DNA of 64,000 bases from Roseibacillus sp. (GTDB taxonomy: Bacteria; Verrucomicrobiota; Verrucomicrobiia; Verrucomicrobiales; Akkermansiaceae). The stretch covers positions 256,001 through 320,000 of the forward strand of contig CBDEUM010000029.1 in the NCBI GenBank assembly GCA_965242925.1, read 5' to 3'. Below are positions 9,444 through 19,514 of this stretch, piece after piece. The position numbers were made by a program, and so were the translations under genes. Within the stretch, counting starts at the first letter, position 1. Every line of letters starts with the position of its first letter. The notes beneath the pieces are model-generated. The model made no database searches and was not told the origin of the DNA. It saw only the letters and a list, made by a program, of their open reading frames with translations.

Positions 9444-10368
9444 AACTGATCCCGAAGTCATCCTGGAGGCGGTCAATCTCTCCAAATCCTTTGGCGGAAA
9501 ACCAGCCCTGCAGGATCTCTCCTTTTCCGTGCGGCGAGGAGAGATCTTCGGGTTGTTGGGCCACAACGGCGCGGGGAAGAGCACCGCTCTGGGCATCTTC
9601 CTCGGGATGGTGGAACCCGACGGGGGAGAGGCTCGCATCGGGGGGGAGTCAGTGCAGCGGAGAAGGGAGCGGGCCCTGCGGCAGGCGGGTGCGATATTCG
9701 AGGCACCTGCTTTCTACGATTATCTGAGCGGCTGGGAGAACCTCAAGGTTCTCATGAGTTACTCGGGAGGATTTGATGCGGACGCGGCGCAGCAGGTTGT
9801 GGAGGAGGTGGACTTGTCGGACCGGGTTCACTCCAGGGTTTCGTCCTACAGTCATGGGATGCGGCAGCGGCTGGCCCTGGCCCAGGCCCTCCTGCCGGAA
9901 CCGCGGCTCCTCCTGCTTGATGAGCCCACCGACGGCCTTGATCCCGAGGGGATCAAGTGGTTCCGCGACTTTATCCTGCGGTTGCGGGCAGAGCGCGGCA
10001 TCACGGTCCTCTTCAATTCGCACCTGCTTCCGGAAGTGGAGCAGATGTGTGATCGCGTCGCCATCGTGCGACGGGGTCGCAAGGTCTACGATGGAGAACT
10101 GGCAGGAATAGCAGATGACCACGTGAAGCTGGAAATCGAGGCCGATCCCGCCGAGCAGGCAAGTGCCTGCTACCGTAAACTGGGCGGGCGGGAGCTGGAG
10201 GAGGGCAGAAGGGTGATTTTTCCGGAGGGCACTGATCCGGCGGAGGTGGCCCGGGCGCTGATCAAGGCAGGGGTGGATCTGAGAAAACTGATTCCCGTGC
10301 GGCGTTCACTGGAGGATGTCTACCTGGAGGTAATTGGGTGTCTGGATGGAGAGGAAGGGGAGCAGTGA
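9436..10368 (+). CDS. ABC-2-type exporter ATP-binding protein
   Basis: GHNGAGKS, YSHGMRQR, LLLDEPTDGLDP, C-terminal SLEDVYL. Confidence 0.92.
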   Translation: MSETDPEVILEAVNLSKSFGGKPALQDLSFSVRRGEIFGLLGHNGAGKSTALGIFLGMVEPDGGEARIGGESVQRRRERALRQAGAIFEAPAFYDYLSGWENLKVLMSYSGGFDADAAQQVVEEVDLSDRVHSRVSSYSHGMRQRLALAQALLPEPRLLLLDEPTDGLDPEGIKWFRDFILRLRAERGITVLFNSHLLPEVEQMCDRVAIVRRGRKVYDGELAGIADDHVKLEIEADPAEQASACYRKLGGRELEEGRRVIFPEGTDPAEVARALIKAGVDLRKLIPVRRSLEDVYLEVIGCLDGEEGEQ

Positions 10369-11216
10369 AGCTCTTCCTGATCCAGTTACGCAGCGAGCTC
10401 AAGAAGCTCTTTGCGCGCCGTCGGACCTATATCGGATACGGCGCCTTCCTTGTTCTCGAGCTGGTTATCCTCTGGGTCTTTCATCTCGACGGGCCCCGCG
10501 AGGAGATAGCGAAGATTCTCTCGGACACCGGACTTGAGGTGGAGCACTACTATTCCGCACTCACCGTCACCTATTGGATGATCGGGTTCAGCATGGCAAT
10601 GCTCGGGGCGATCTACCTTGCGCTGGTTTCCGGAGATATAGTAGCCAAGGAAAGTGAGGACGGCAACCTGCGGATGGTGCTCGCCCGTCCCATCAGCCGA
10701 CTTCGGATCCTCACCCTCAAGTACCTTGCGGTCCTGATCTACACAGTGACCTTTGTCTGGTTTGTCGGGGTGTCTGGCTACCTCATGTCGTCCATCGCCC
10801 TGGGATGGGACGGCGGTCTTTTCGTATGGAATTACGATCTCAAGGTGTTCTCGTTTTTTCCCGCCGCGACTGTCGGGATCGGGCGACTCTCCCTGTCCCT
10901 GGTTTTTCTCAGCCTGAGCATGTTCACGCTGTCCTCGATTGGATTCGCCTTTTCCTGCCTCAGGATCAAGCCGGCGTCGGCAACCATCCTCGCCCTCAGT
11001 GTCCTCTTCGTTGACTCGGTCCTGCAGATGCTGCCCTTCATGGCTCCCTACCGGGAGCATCTGCTCACCTTCCGCATGAGCAACTGGATCTACGTCCTTG
11101 AGAACACGGTTTCCTGGGCCAAGCTGGCTGAGAATTATACCTTCCTGGTCGGGTTGGATCTCACTCTCTTTGTACTCGGCTGGATGGCATTCAAGGTGAG
11201 GGATTTCAAGACCTAG
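10365..11216 (+). CDS. ABC-2-type permease
   Basis: About six TM segments, GDIVAKE.EDG.LRM.LARPISR motif; GTGA overlap with the ATPase stop. Confidence 0.88.
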   Translation: MKLFLIQLRSELKKLFARRRTYIGYGAFLVLELVILWVFHLDGPREEIAKILSDTGLEVEHYYSALTVTYWMIGFSMAMLGAIYLALVSGDIVAKESEDGNLRMVLARPISRLRILTLKYLAVLIYTVTFVWFVGVSGYLMSSIALGWDGGLFVWNYDLKVFSFFPAATVGIGRLSLSLVFLSLSMFTLSSIGFAFSCLRIKPASATILALSVLFVDSVLQMLPFMAPYREHLLTFRMSNWIYVLENTVSWAKLAENYTFLVGLDLTLFVLGWMAFKVRDFKT

Positions 11217-11359
11217 GATCTCCGGGACCCTGGGTGGCCGGCCGTCGGCGGAGTGGAGGTCCTTCTGCCCGGTTATGCATTACTCCTGAGAGGATGGGGA
11301 ATTGGGCCGAGGGTCTTTCTTCAGTTGCTGTAGCGGCTGGTTGTGCTTGAGTCCCTTCG

Positions 11360-12430
11360 GTGACCAAACGAGAGAAGGAATTTTTGTTCGAGCTGCTGGA
11401 GACCCCGAGTCCGGTGGGATTCGAGATGCCGGGTCAGAGGGTATGGGCCGATTATGTCAGGAAGACCGCCGATGCGGTGGAATGCGATGCCTACGGCTCG
11501 ACCTGGGGGACTCTGGGGGAAGGCAAGAAGAGCGTGATGCTGGCGGCGCACGCTGACGAGATCGGCTACATGGTCAAGCAGATCACTTCGGATGGGTTTC
11601 TCCGGATCGATCGCCTGGGCGGAAGTGACAGTGCGACGGGTCGTGGGCGGCGGTTGCGTATCTTCGGTGACAAGGGTGAGGTGCCGGGGATCATCGGAAA
11701 TACGGCCATTCACCTGCGGGCTGATCTGGCCAATGAGAAGGCTCCCAAGTCTCACCAGCTCTGGGTGGATGTGGGGGCTTCCTCGGCGGAGGAGGCGGAA
11801 GGGCTCGGGATCCGAGTGGGGCATCCGGCGGTGTATTCAGACGGCCCGTTGGAACTGAACAGGCAGCGGGTGGTGAGCCGCGCCATTGATAACCGGATCG
11901 GGGGTTTCATCATCGCCCAGGTCATGAAGAAAGTGGCCGCAGCCAAGCGCAAACCCGCCTTCCAGCTTGTCTGTCTCAATGCGGTGCAGGAGGAGATTGG
12001 CGGCAATGGTGCGCTCATGGCGACCCATCGCCTGATGCCGGACGTGAGCCTTTGCCTGGATGTGACCCACGCCACCGATACCCCTGGCATCGACAATGCC
12101 CGGCACGGCCAGGTGAAGCTCGGGGGTGGTCCGACACTCACCCACGGAGGGGCCAACCACCCGTTGGTGATTGAGCGACTGGAGAAGGTGGCCAGGGCGA
12201 AGCGCATTTCGATCCAGCATGAGGCATCCAGTCGATTCACCGGGACGGATACCGATCGGATTTTCACGGTGCGCGAAGGAGTTCCGAGCGCCCTCGTTTC
12301 CCTTCCTCTGCGTTGTATGCACTCGGTGGTAGAGACTGCTGATCTGGGGGATGTGCAGCACACCATCAACCTGATGGCGGGCTTTGTGCTTTCGCTCCGG
12401 GCCCGGGAAAGTTTTCATCAAACACTGTGA
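11360..12430 (+). CDS. M42 family metallo-aminopeptidase
   Basis: AHADEIG, AIDNR, VQEEIG, LDVTH and MHS metal-ligand motifs. Confidence 0.92.
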   Translation: MTKREKEFLFELLETPSPVGFEMPGQRVWADYVRKTADAVECDAYGSTWGTLGEGKKSVMLAAHADEIGYMVKQITSDGFLRIDRLGGSDSATGRGRRLRIFGDKGEVPGIIGNTAIHLRADLANEKAPKSHQLWVDVGASSAEEAEGLGIRVGHPAVYSDGPLELNRQRVVSRAIDNRIGGFIIAQVMKKVAAAKRKPAFQLVCLNAVQEEIGGNGALMATHRLMPDVSLCLDVTHATDTPGIDNARHGQVKLGGGPTLTHGGANHPLVIERLEKVARAKRISIQHEASSRFTGTDTDRIFTVREGVPSALVSLPLRCMHSVVETADLGDVQHTINLMAGFVLSLRARESFHQTL

Positions 12431-14466
12431 ATCGGAGCGCGGTGATCAGGAACGCACTTTGTCTTGCCGCATTTGCTCTGGTGGGGACGGTTGTGCCGGT
12501 CCAGGCAATCGAACCGGGCAAAGCGGCGCTGGCATTCCTCGTTGACCTGCGTGATGAGGGGCGGGCGCTCGACGAATTGCTGAACGACAGCATGCTTTCA
12601 GCGCACACCGGAGAGATCCGCCGTTCCGCAATCTCCCAGCGGCTGGGTCGTGTCGGCCGCTATCTCCGCGACAACCATTACGAGTTGGAGGTGACGGACG
12701 AGAAGCGTGACGGCGACCTCGCGGCGGTGATCCTGACCGCGGTGAGCAGGCATGACCCGCTCGAAGTCGATGTCTTTGCCCTGGGATTGCGCGAGAAGAA
12801 GGATGTGCGCTGGAGGGTGGCGCCTGTGCCCGGCAGCTTTGACAATGTTGACCTGGGCTATGACGAGGCGCTGGAGAAGCGGGCAGAGGTTCTTGAGTTG
12901 TGGATGGGAGCAGAGCGTCTGGTGAGATTGCGCGCCCTTCACGAGGAGGTCCTCGGAGCCCTGCGTGAGCGCATGAACGGGGCGGTGCCCCGGGCCCGGA
13001 TCGAAGGGGCCGGGCCAGTCCAGTTGGTGACCGCCTTCGTGGAAGCCTGCAGGGAGGGGGATCTGCCGGCTGCGATGGTTCTTCTGGGGCAGTTCGAGGG
13101 GGAGCTTACGGAGGAAGACCGTCGCCTGCAACGCGTCATTTCGCGCGGACTGCAGGGGCTGGACCGTCGTGGTTACTGGCATCTCCTCACCAGTCCGGAT
13201 GTTGTCCGGGTGGCCGTGCAGGAAGACGGTGGGGACGATCTTGACGCGGAGGTGCTTCTGCTGATCTTCGACCCCGACCGCGGCAAGCCGGTGAGTCTGG
13301 TGCGCTTCGTTCTTCTTTATGCGGGTAAGCGCTGGACCATTGAGCTGCCGAACGGTCTGCGCCTGGCTGACGCGGACCGGGTCACCTTCCAGAGGGCGCT
13401 CCTCCGGGAGCAGGATTACGACGAGGACAATGAATTCCGGAACAAGTTTGAGAAGCAGTTTGAGGAGCAGCACGAACCGTCGCGAGCGGCCACCTTGAAG
13501 GAGGCCGGGGCCCGGATCGGAAAAATTCTAAAGGAGGGTTCTCTGGGGGATTTCTTCCGGTTCGTGCACCGCAGTGAGGATCTCAGCGGATCGGAGCGTC
13601 GCACGGCCTACCGCTATCTGGGAGCGTTCTGGAACGAATTCCAGAAGAACAGCAAGGCGGCTTCCGACGGCAAGTTGCTGGAGGTGATTGAACACGGGGA
13701 CGCGGGGGTTCTCGTGTTCCAGCTCATTTCCACAGCCCAGATCGAACGCCTCAATCTGACCCCCCTCGTCCTCATCAGGGATGAGAACGGCTGGGCTATT
13801 TCGCCGGGAGTGACCACGGGTGGCAACTATGCGAAGCTGGACGAGGGCAAGCGCGGGAGGCAGGGGGAAGTACGCCGCCGGTTTGAAGAGCAGAAGGACG
13901 AATTGACCAGAAAGGCGACCACCGAGCTGCTGAGCCACTTCGTGGAAGCCAGGGCCCAAGAGGGCAAGGTGGTCGGTGAGCGGGAAGCTGGCCAGCTGGT
14001 ACGAAAATTCCGGAACCTCCTGCGGGAGGGAAAACTGCTGGAGTCCTTCGAGTGCGGCTCGCTGCTCGATCCGGAAGAGGGCGTCTGGGAAGCCCTCAAG
14101 GCCATGAGTTACGAATATCGAGGGGCGCGGCAGTCCTCTACCCCCGATCGCGAAATCCAGGTAAAGGGCGGAAAGGCCTGGGCCGCAGTCACCCTGCGGG
14201 TCGATTCAGGCCCGGGATTGGAGCCGAATTATCCCATGTATCTCGTGGTGGCCACCACCGAAGGTCCCCGGATTGTGGTAGATGTGGGGTTGCGTCTCGC
14301 CACTAACAAGGGTCGCGAAGTGCTGAATAAGCGCGTTTGGGAACGGATTGATGCGCACCTCGAAGAACAGGAGAGCGCCCTTGTGCGAACCTTGTTTGAG
14401 GGACATGTTGAACAGAGCAAGATGGATCTGTCCGAATGGGAGAAGAGCAACAAATTGTCCCCCTGA
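12427..14466 (+). CDS. Hypothetical exported protein with about four internal repeats
   Basis: 679-aa ORF with a signal peptide, overlapping both neighbours; repeated helix + beta-strand + W units. Confidence 0.8.
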   Translation: MNRSAVIRNALCLAAFALVGTVVPVQAIEPGKAALAFLVDLRDEGRALDELLNDSMLSAHTGEIRRSAISQRLGRVGRYLRDNHYELEVTDEKRDGDLAAVILTAVSRHDPLEVDVFALGLREKKDVRWRVAPVPGSFDNVDLGYDEALEKRAEVLELWMGAERLVRLRALHEEVLGALRERMNGAVPRARIEGAGPVQLVTAFVEACREGDLPAAMVLLGQFEGELTEEDRRLQRVISRGLQGLDRRGYWHLLTSPDVVRVAVQEDGGDDLDAEVLLLIFDPDRGKPVSLVRFVLLYAGKRWTIELPNGLRLADADRVTFQRALLREQDYDEDNEFRNKFEKQFEEQHEPSRAATLKEAGARIGKILKEGSLGDFFRFVHRSEDLSGSERRTAYRYLGAFWNEFQKNSKAASDGKLLEVIEHGDAGVLVFQLISTAQIERLNLTPLVLIRDENGWAISPGVTTGGNYAKLDEGKRGRQGEVRRRFEEQKDELTRKATTELLSHFVEARAQEGKVVGEREAGQLVRKFRNLLREGKLLESFECGSLLDPEEGVWEALKAMSYEYRGARQSSTPDREIQVKGGKAWAAVTLRVDSGPGLEPNYPMYLVVATTEGPRIVVDVGLRLATNKGREVLNKRVWERIDAHLEEQESALVRTLFEGHVEQSKMDLSEWEKSNKLSP

Positions 14467-15416
14467 CGCGACCCGCTTTCGAGAAGGCTGTTGAAACGGC
14501 GCGCCGGCTGGAAGAGTCCGTCTGCCGCGTTCTTCTGGGACAGGAGCACACGGTGCGCCGGGTGCTGGCCTGTTTCGTTTCAGGCGGACATCTCCTCCTC
14601 GAGGATTATCCGGGCACGGGCAAGACCACCCTGGCCAAGGCCATAGCTGCCTCGGTCGGGGATGTGAAGTTTTCCCGCCTGCAGTTCACCCCCGATCTTC
14701 TTCCCTCCGATGTGCTGGGGGTATCGGTCTACGATCAGAAAACACAGGAGTTTCGCTTTCTGCCCGGCCCCGTATTCACTGACATCCTCCTCGCTGATGA
14801 AGTCAACCGGGCTTCCCCCCGCACACAGAGTGCCCTGCTGGAGTCGATGGCGGAGCGGCAGGTCACGGTGGATGGTCAGAAGTATGAACTGGACGGGCTC
14901 TTCTTCGTGGTGGCTACCCAGAACCCCGTTGAGTTCCGGGGGACCTACCCGCTCCCCGAGGCCCAAATGGACCGATTCACCATGCAGTGTGCCCTTGGCT
15001 ACGTTGAGCCCGAACATGAAGTAGCGATTCTCTCGGATCAGGCGCGGGATCATCCCCTTGACCGCCATGATCCGGTCGCCAACCGTGACGAACTCATGGA
15101 CCTTGTTGCCGCTGTCCGCGATGTTCGGCTCACGGACGATCTCAAGGAGTATATCGTGGCCCTGGTGGCCGCCACCAGGGAGTGTAAGGATGTGCAGCTG
15201 GCTGCCAGTCCCCGTGCTTCGCTGTCGCTCATGCGGGTGGCGCAGGCTCTTTCGCTCTTCGAGGGACGGGACTTTGTGGTGCCGGAAACCATTCAGGATC
15301 TAGCGGTGGACGTGATCGCTCACCGCCTCGTGGTGGAGCCCGAGGCGAAGTATTCCGGCCGTTCGGGGCGTGTTGTGGTGGAGAAACTGCTCCAGGAAAT
15401 TCCTGTCCCTGTCTGA
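14436..15416 (+). CDS. MoxR family AAA+ ATPase
   Basis: LLEDYPGTGKT, RLQFTPDLLPSD, DEVNRASPRTQSALLE, TQNP.E..GTYPLPEAQMDRF. Confidence 0.95.
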   Translation: MGEEQQIVPLTRPAFEKAVETARRLEESVCRVLLGQEHTVRRVLACFVSGGHLLLEDYPGTGKTTLAKAIAASVGDVKFSRLQFTPDLLPSDVLGVSVYDQKTQEFRFLPGPVFTDILLADEVNRASPRTQSALLESMAERQVTVDGQKYELDGLFFVVATQNPVEFRGTYPLPEAQMDRFTMQCALGYVEPEHEVAILSDQARDHPLDRHDPVANRDELMDLVAAVRDVRLTDDLKEYIVALVAATRECKDVQLAASPRASLSLMRVAQALSLFEGRDFVVPETIQDLAVDVIAHRLVVEPEAKYSGRSGRVVVEKLLQEIPVPV

Positions 15417-15459
15417 AGAGCGGAGCTGGGCAGGACCGCACAGGAAAGGAGATCAAGTC

Positions 15460-16866
15460 ATGGCTGAAGGTGGAATCGCGAAGCGACCGGTCCCCCAGGT
15501 GCCCTTGCTCTATCGCCTCCTCTACCGGAGTTACGCGCGGGGATCGGATCTCTCCGTGTCCCTCAATCGGCGGGTGACTGCTGCGGGCTGGGTGGTCCTG
15601 GCCCTCCTGTTGCTGACGGCCATCCTGGGAGTCGATCTCTCCAAGTCCACGCTCTACCAGATCTTCTCGCTGGTTTTCGGTGTGCTGGTGGTATCCCTGC
15701 TGTGGTCCTGGTCCCGGCGCGCACGATTATCGGCCCGGCGGGAACTGCCGCGCTACGCCACGGTCGGTGAATCCTTTCCCTACATGGTGACGGTTACCAA
15801 TGAAGGACGGCGTCCGGTGCGCGGCTTTCTTCTTTCCGAGTGCGCTCCCGATGCCAGGCCGTCGCTGCCCAACTTCGCCTTCACGCCGGAGCCGGGCGAG
15901 GGGGAACGAAACGTCTTTGACCGGTTCTTCGTGTACTATCGCTGGCGCTGGCTCATGGAGCAGCGCCTCCTCTTTGAGAGCGAGGACCGGGGAGAACATC
16001 GCACGGTGCGCCCGCATGAGTCCTTGCGCACGCTGCTGCACCTGAAGCCGCGGCGGCGCGGGGTGGTGCGCCTGAATGATCTCAGAGTGCGTCTGCCGGA
16101 TCCCTTCGGCCTCTTCCAGCGCTGCCGCAAGGTGGAGGCAGGGGGAGATGCCCTGGTTGTATTTCCCCGGCGTTATCGCCTCCCGGATCTGGACCTGCCC
16201 GGGGAGGCCTGTCTGCAGCTCGGGGGTGAGGCCGTCTCAAACACCATCGGTCAGTCGGGCGAATTCCTCGGATTGCGCGACTACCGCAGCGGCGACGCCC
16301 TGCGCCGCATTCACTGGAAGGGCTGGGCCAAGACCGGGCGGCCCGTCGTGAAGGAGTTCGAGAACATGTACTTTCCACGCTACGGGCTGGTACTCGATAA
16401 TTTCACGGAGGAGGGGGACGAAAATCTCTTTGAGGAGACGGTGGCGGTGGCAGCTTCCTTTGCGTGCTCTATTGATACCAGGCGCAGCATGCTTGACCTC
16501 ATGTTCATCAAGGATGAAGCCATCGTCGTGAAGGCTGGCCGGGGAGAAGCCAGGGCCGAAAAACTCCTGGAAGTGCTCGCTGGGGTGGAGGCCGAACCGG
16601 AAGAGCATCTCGATGATCTGGAGCGGCTGGTCAAGCGGCATGGCGACCGGTTGACTGCCTGCATCTGCGTCTTCACCGGTTGGACAACTGGACGGGCGCG
16701 CTTCCTTCGGCACCTCGTCAGCGCCGGAATGGAAGTCATGCCATTCATCCTTTGTCGTTGTGCCTCGGAAACCAAGGCTATGATCGATGCCGATCCGCTT
16801 CCCTGTCGCCATCTGTTGCTGGAACCACCCAACGTGCAGGAGGGACTGCTCAAACTTCAGCTGTGA
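15460..16866 (+). CDS. DUF58 domain protein
   Basis: DPFGL, GEFLGLRDYRSGDALRRIHWK, VVKEFE; follows MoxR; ATG at 15460 has an AGGAGA RBS. Confidence 0.9.
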   Translation: MAEGGIAKRPVPQVPLLYRLLYRSYARGSDLSVSLNRRVTAAGWVVLALLLLTAILGVDLSKSTLYQIFSLVFGVLVVSLLWSWSRRARLSARRELPRYATVGESFPYMVTVTNEGRRPVRGFLLSECAPDARPSLPNFAFTPEPGEGERNVFDRFFVYYRWRWLMEQRLLFESEDRGEHRTVRPHESLRTLLHLKPRRRGVVRLNDLRVRLPDPFGLFQRCRKVEAGGDALVVFPRRYRLPDLDLPGEACLQLGGEAVSNTIGQSGEFLGLRDYRSGDALRRIHWKGWAKTGRPVVKEFENMYFPRYGLVLDNFTEEGDENLFEETVAVAASFACSIDTRRSMLDLMFIKDEAIVVKAGRGEARAEKLLEVLAGVEAEPEEHLDDLERLVKRHGDRLTACICVFTGWTTGRARFLRHLVSAGMEVMPFILCRCASETKAMIDADPLPCRHLLLEPPNVQEGLLKLQL

Positions 16867-19094
16867 ACCGCAGCCTGGACAATCCCCAGAGTCCTCCCCG
16901 GCTTCTCGAGGGAGCCACCCTGTTGTTCTGGGGAGGGGTGACCGGCCACCCGGTGGTGGGTCTGATCTGTGCGCTGCTGGCGGAGGGCCGCTCCTGGACC
17001 GACCTGCGCTGGCACTTCGGCGAGCGGGGCTTTGTCCGGGCCTGGTACCTGGCCCTTGTCCTGGGGGTGCTCACCCTGGTGTGGACGTGGTTGCAGGGGT
17101 CGAGTCAGATTCTTCTCTTCGATGTCCTTGCGTGGATGCCGTTTTACCTTTTGCCGGTTCTTCTCGCACAGAACTACGCCATCGAGCCGGCTGTGCCACT
17201 CAATACCTTTTCTCTGATTGCGCGGCGCAAGATGCTCATCGACCGCAGAGCGGGTCGCAAGGTGGCGCCCATCCAGGTCCATATCGGCTATCCCTATCTC
17301 TGCCTCGTGATGGTGGCTGCCGCACTGAGTCGGATCGACGAGCTGGCCTTTTTTACGGGCATGATCTTTCTTGCATCCTGCGCGCTGGTCTTTGCCAGCC
17401 CGGTGAGTCGCCTGCGCCCCTTCAGCATCGGGGGGGCTCTTCTGCTGGCCGGTGTCCTGGGGGCAGGGGGATCGATTGGTCTCAAGGCCCTGTGGATGAG
17501 CCTGGACAGCGTGTTCAGCATCCCGTCCGGGGGTTACACGACGGGAGACAGTTCCCAGACCGCCATCGGTCAGCTTGGGAGGATCAAGCAGTCGAAGCGT
17601 ATTCGATGGCGGGTGCGTGACACGGAGACAGGAGGGTCGCGCCTCTTTCGTGAGGCTGCCTACAATCATTACACGGGGGGGCAGTGGTGGCACCGTCCGG
17701 TGCCCGAACGTGGAGGCGGAGGGCAGGGTGGCACGCCAGGGAACAGGGAGAAAGTGCCGGGAGGGATCGAACTCGACAAGCGAGAGGGTGACTATGAGCC
17801 CCTTTGGGACCGCACCCTGCCCAACGGCTTGTTGCAGTTTGCCTTCGATCCTGCCGAGTTTGACCGCGATCCCGGCATCCGGCGCAAGCTGATTGTGAAA
17901 GGAAAGGTGGGGACCAAGACTCCCCTTCCTCTGCCCTCCACCACCCAACGGCTCTCGGGATTCCGGGTTGCCGATGGTGGCGTCGACTGGAATTCCCTCG
18001 GAACGGTCCGACTTGAGAATCCCGATCACGGAGTGGCTTCCTTTGAAGTCTTCGCCGGGGGACGGCCCCTTTACGAGGCGTTGCCTGATCCCGAACTTGA
18101 TCTGCAGGTTCCGCTGGCGGAGCGCCTGCCCGGGCGCCTGAATGCGGATGAGGAGTGGATTCCCGATCCGGAGCGGAAGGGTATCCGCGATCTCTGCGAC
18201 GAGTGGGGATTGCGGGGGCTCCCCGCCCGCGAGGCCACCAAGTTGATCAAGGAGCGATTTTTCGGCCCCGATTTTTCTTACAGCATGTTCCTTGGACACC
18301 AGCGTGCCAGCAGGGAGAACTGGGCGGTGTCCAGGTTTCTCAGTGAGACTCGGATTGGGCATTGTGAGTACTTCGCCACTGCGGCGGTCCTGCTCCTTCG
18401 GGAGGCCGGAATTCCGGCCCGTTACTGTGTGGGATACTCTGGCCAGGAGCGGAGCAGGGACGGCGAGTGGCTGTTGCGGGGTAGTCACGCCCATGCCTGG
18501 TGCCGGGTCTGGCACGGAACGATGCCTCCGGATGAGATTCCCGATGGAGCGGATACAGCTTCCTATGGGCGCTGGGAAAATTTCGATGCCACCACCCCGC
18601 GATGGCTCGACTATGAAGGATCAGGGCTGCCGTGGTCATGCCACCTGATCGATTGGTGGCAGAAGATGCGCGAGGATTTCCTAGTCTGGAGAACGTTGCC
18701 GGGAAATACCGGGATGGTCAACTGGCTCATCATCACAGTGGGGGCCCTCCTCTTCGCCTGCCTCGTGGTGCGTCTATGGCAAAGCAGGACCCGTCGCCGG
18801 GGGGAAGTCGGTGGGACTACGCGGGCAGAGATCATGCGAACTCCCCTCCACGACCTGACCCGGCTCGCCGAGCGCCGCCTGGGTCCCCGGAATGAGAGCA
18901 GAGCCTTCACTGAATGGATCCTCGGACTGGGTGAACTCGTTCCTGCTGTGGAGTCCGATCTGCGCCGGGCGGTCAGTTATCATTGGAAGGCTCGTTTTGA
19001 TCCCATCGGTCTCGCCCCCAGCGAGGAAGGACAGTTCAGGGAGTTGTGCCGTGGATTGCGGGAGCAGATCGGCAGGGCCCAGCGGGGGAAGTAG
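16863..19094 (+). CDS. Membrane-bound transglutaminase-like (TgpA-like) protein
   Basis: N-terminal TM segments; catalytic triad in GHCEYFA, HAHAW and FDAT; GTGA overlap with DUF58. Confidence 0.9.
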   Translation: MNRSLDNPQSPPRLLEGATLLFWGGVTGHPVVGLICALLAEGRSWTDLRWHFGERGFVRAWYLALVLGVLTLVWTWLQGSSQILLFDVLAWMPFYLLPVLLAQNYAIEPAVPLNTFSLIARRKMLIDRRAGRKVAPIQVHIGYPYLCLVMVAAALSRIDELAFFTGMIFLASCALVFASPVSRLRPFSIGGALLLAGVLGAGGSIGLKALWMSLDSVFSIPSGGYTTGDSSQTAIGQLGRIKQSKRIRWRVRDTETGGSRLFREAAYNHYTGGQWWHRPVPERGGGGQGGTPGNREKVPGGIELDKREGDYEPLWDRTLPNGLLQFAFDPAEFDRDPGIRRKLIVKGKVGTKTPLPLPSTTQRLSGFRVADGGVDWNSLGTVRLENPDHGVASFEVFAGGRPLYEALPDPELDLQVPLAERLPGRLNADEEWIPDPERKGIRDLCDEWGLRGLPAREATKLIKERFFGPDFSYSMFLGHQRASRENWAVSRFLSETRIGHCEYFATAAVLLLREAGIPARYCVGYSGQERSRDGEWLLRGSHAHAWCRVWHGTMPPDEIPDGADTASYGRWENFDATTPRWLDYEGSGLPWSCHLIDWWQKMREDFLVWRTLPGNTGMVNWLIITVGALLFACLVVRLWQSRTRRRGEVGGTTRAEIMRTPLHDLTRLAERRLGPRNESRAFTEWILGLGELVPAVESDLRRAVSYHWKARFDPIGLAPSEEGQFRELCRGLREQIGRAQRGK

Positions 19095-19514
19095 GCGGGG
19101 ACGGATCAGGGAGGGCGAGTCCGGGGTCGATCCCCGGGCATGGGAGGAGCAGGAGGGCTGCGAGCAGCACGCCCCTTGACGAGTGAGGTGGTTTTATCCA
19201 CGGGCTGCAGATCCCAAATGGTCGCCCGAAAGCAGGGCTCGTTCTCATCCCGCGAGCATGGCGATCCGCCAATCCGGGTCAATGGCCCGGACATCGGTTG
19301 CCCTCAAGAAGGATGAAGACTTCATCTTGAGCGTGTTCATCGACACATTCAGGAAAGTCCGAACATCCGCTTGTCCGCCAAGGGTGGGGATGCGAGTATC
19401 AGATCGATCAAGGCGTGGAAGATGCAGACGATCGGCCAAACGCCTTAGAACCGGGACTGGCTGAACCGGAAAGGCTGATTCCGGGTGACGGACCCGGTGC
19501 GCAGTATTTTGTCC

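Noticed and set aside
19279..19360. Minus-strand HAQDEVFILLEG, a possible other half of the cupin remnant
   Set aside because: Too short, no credible ORF, and no att-like repeat linking it to 26021-26221
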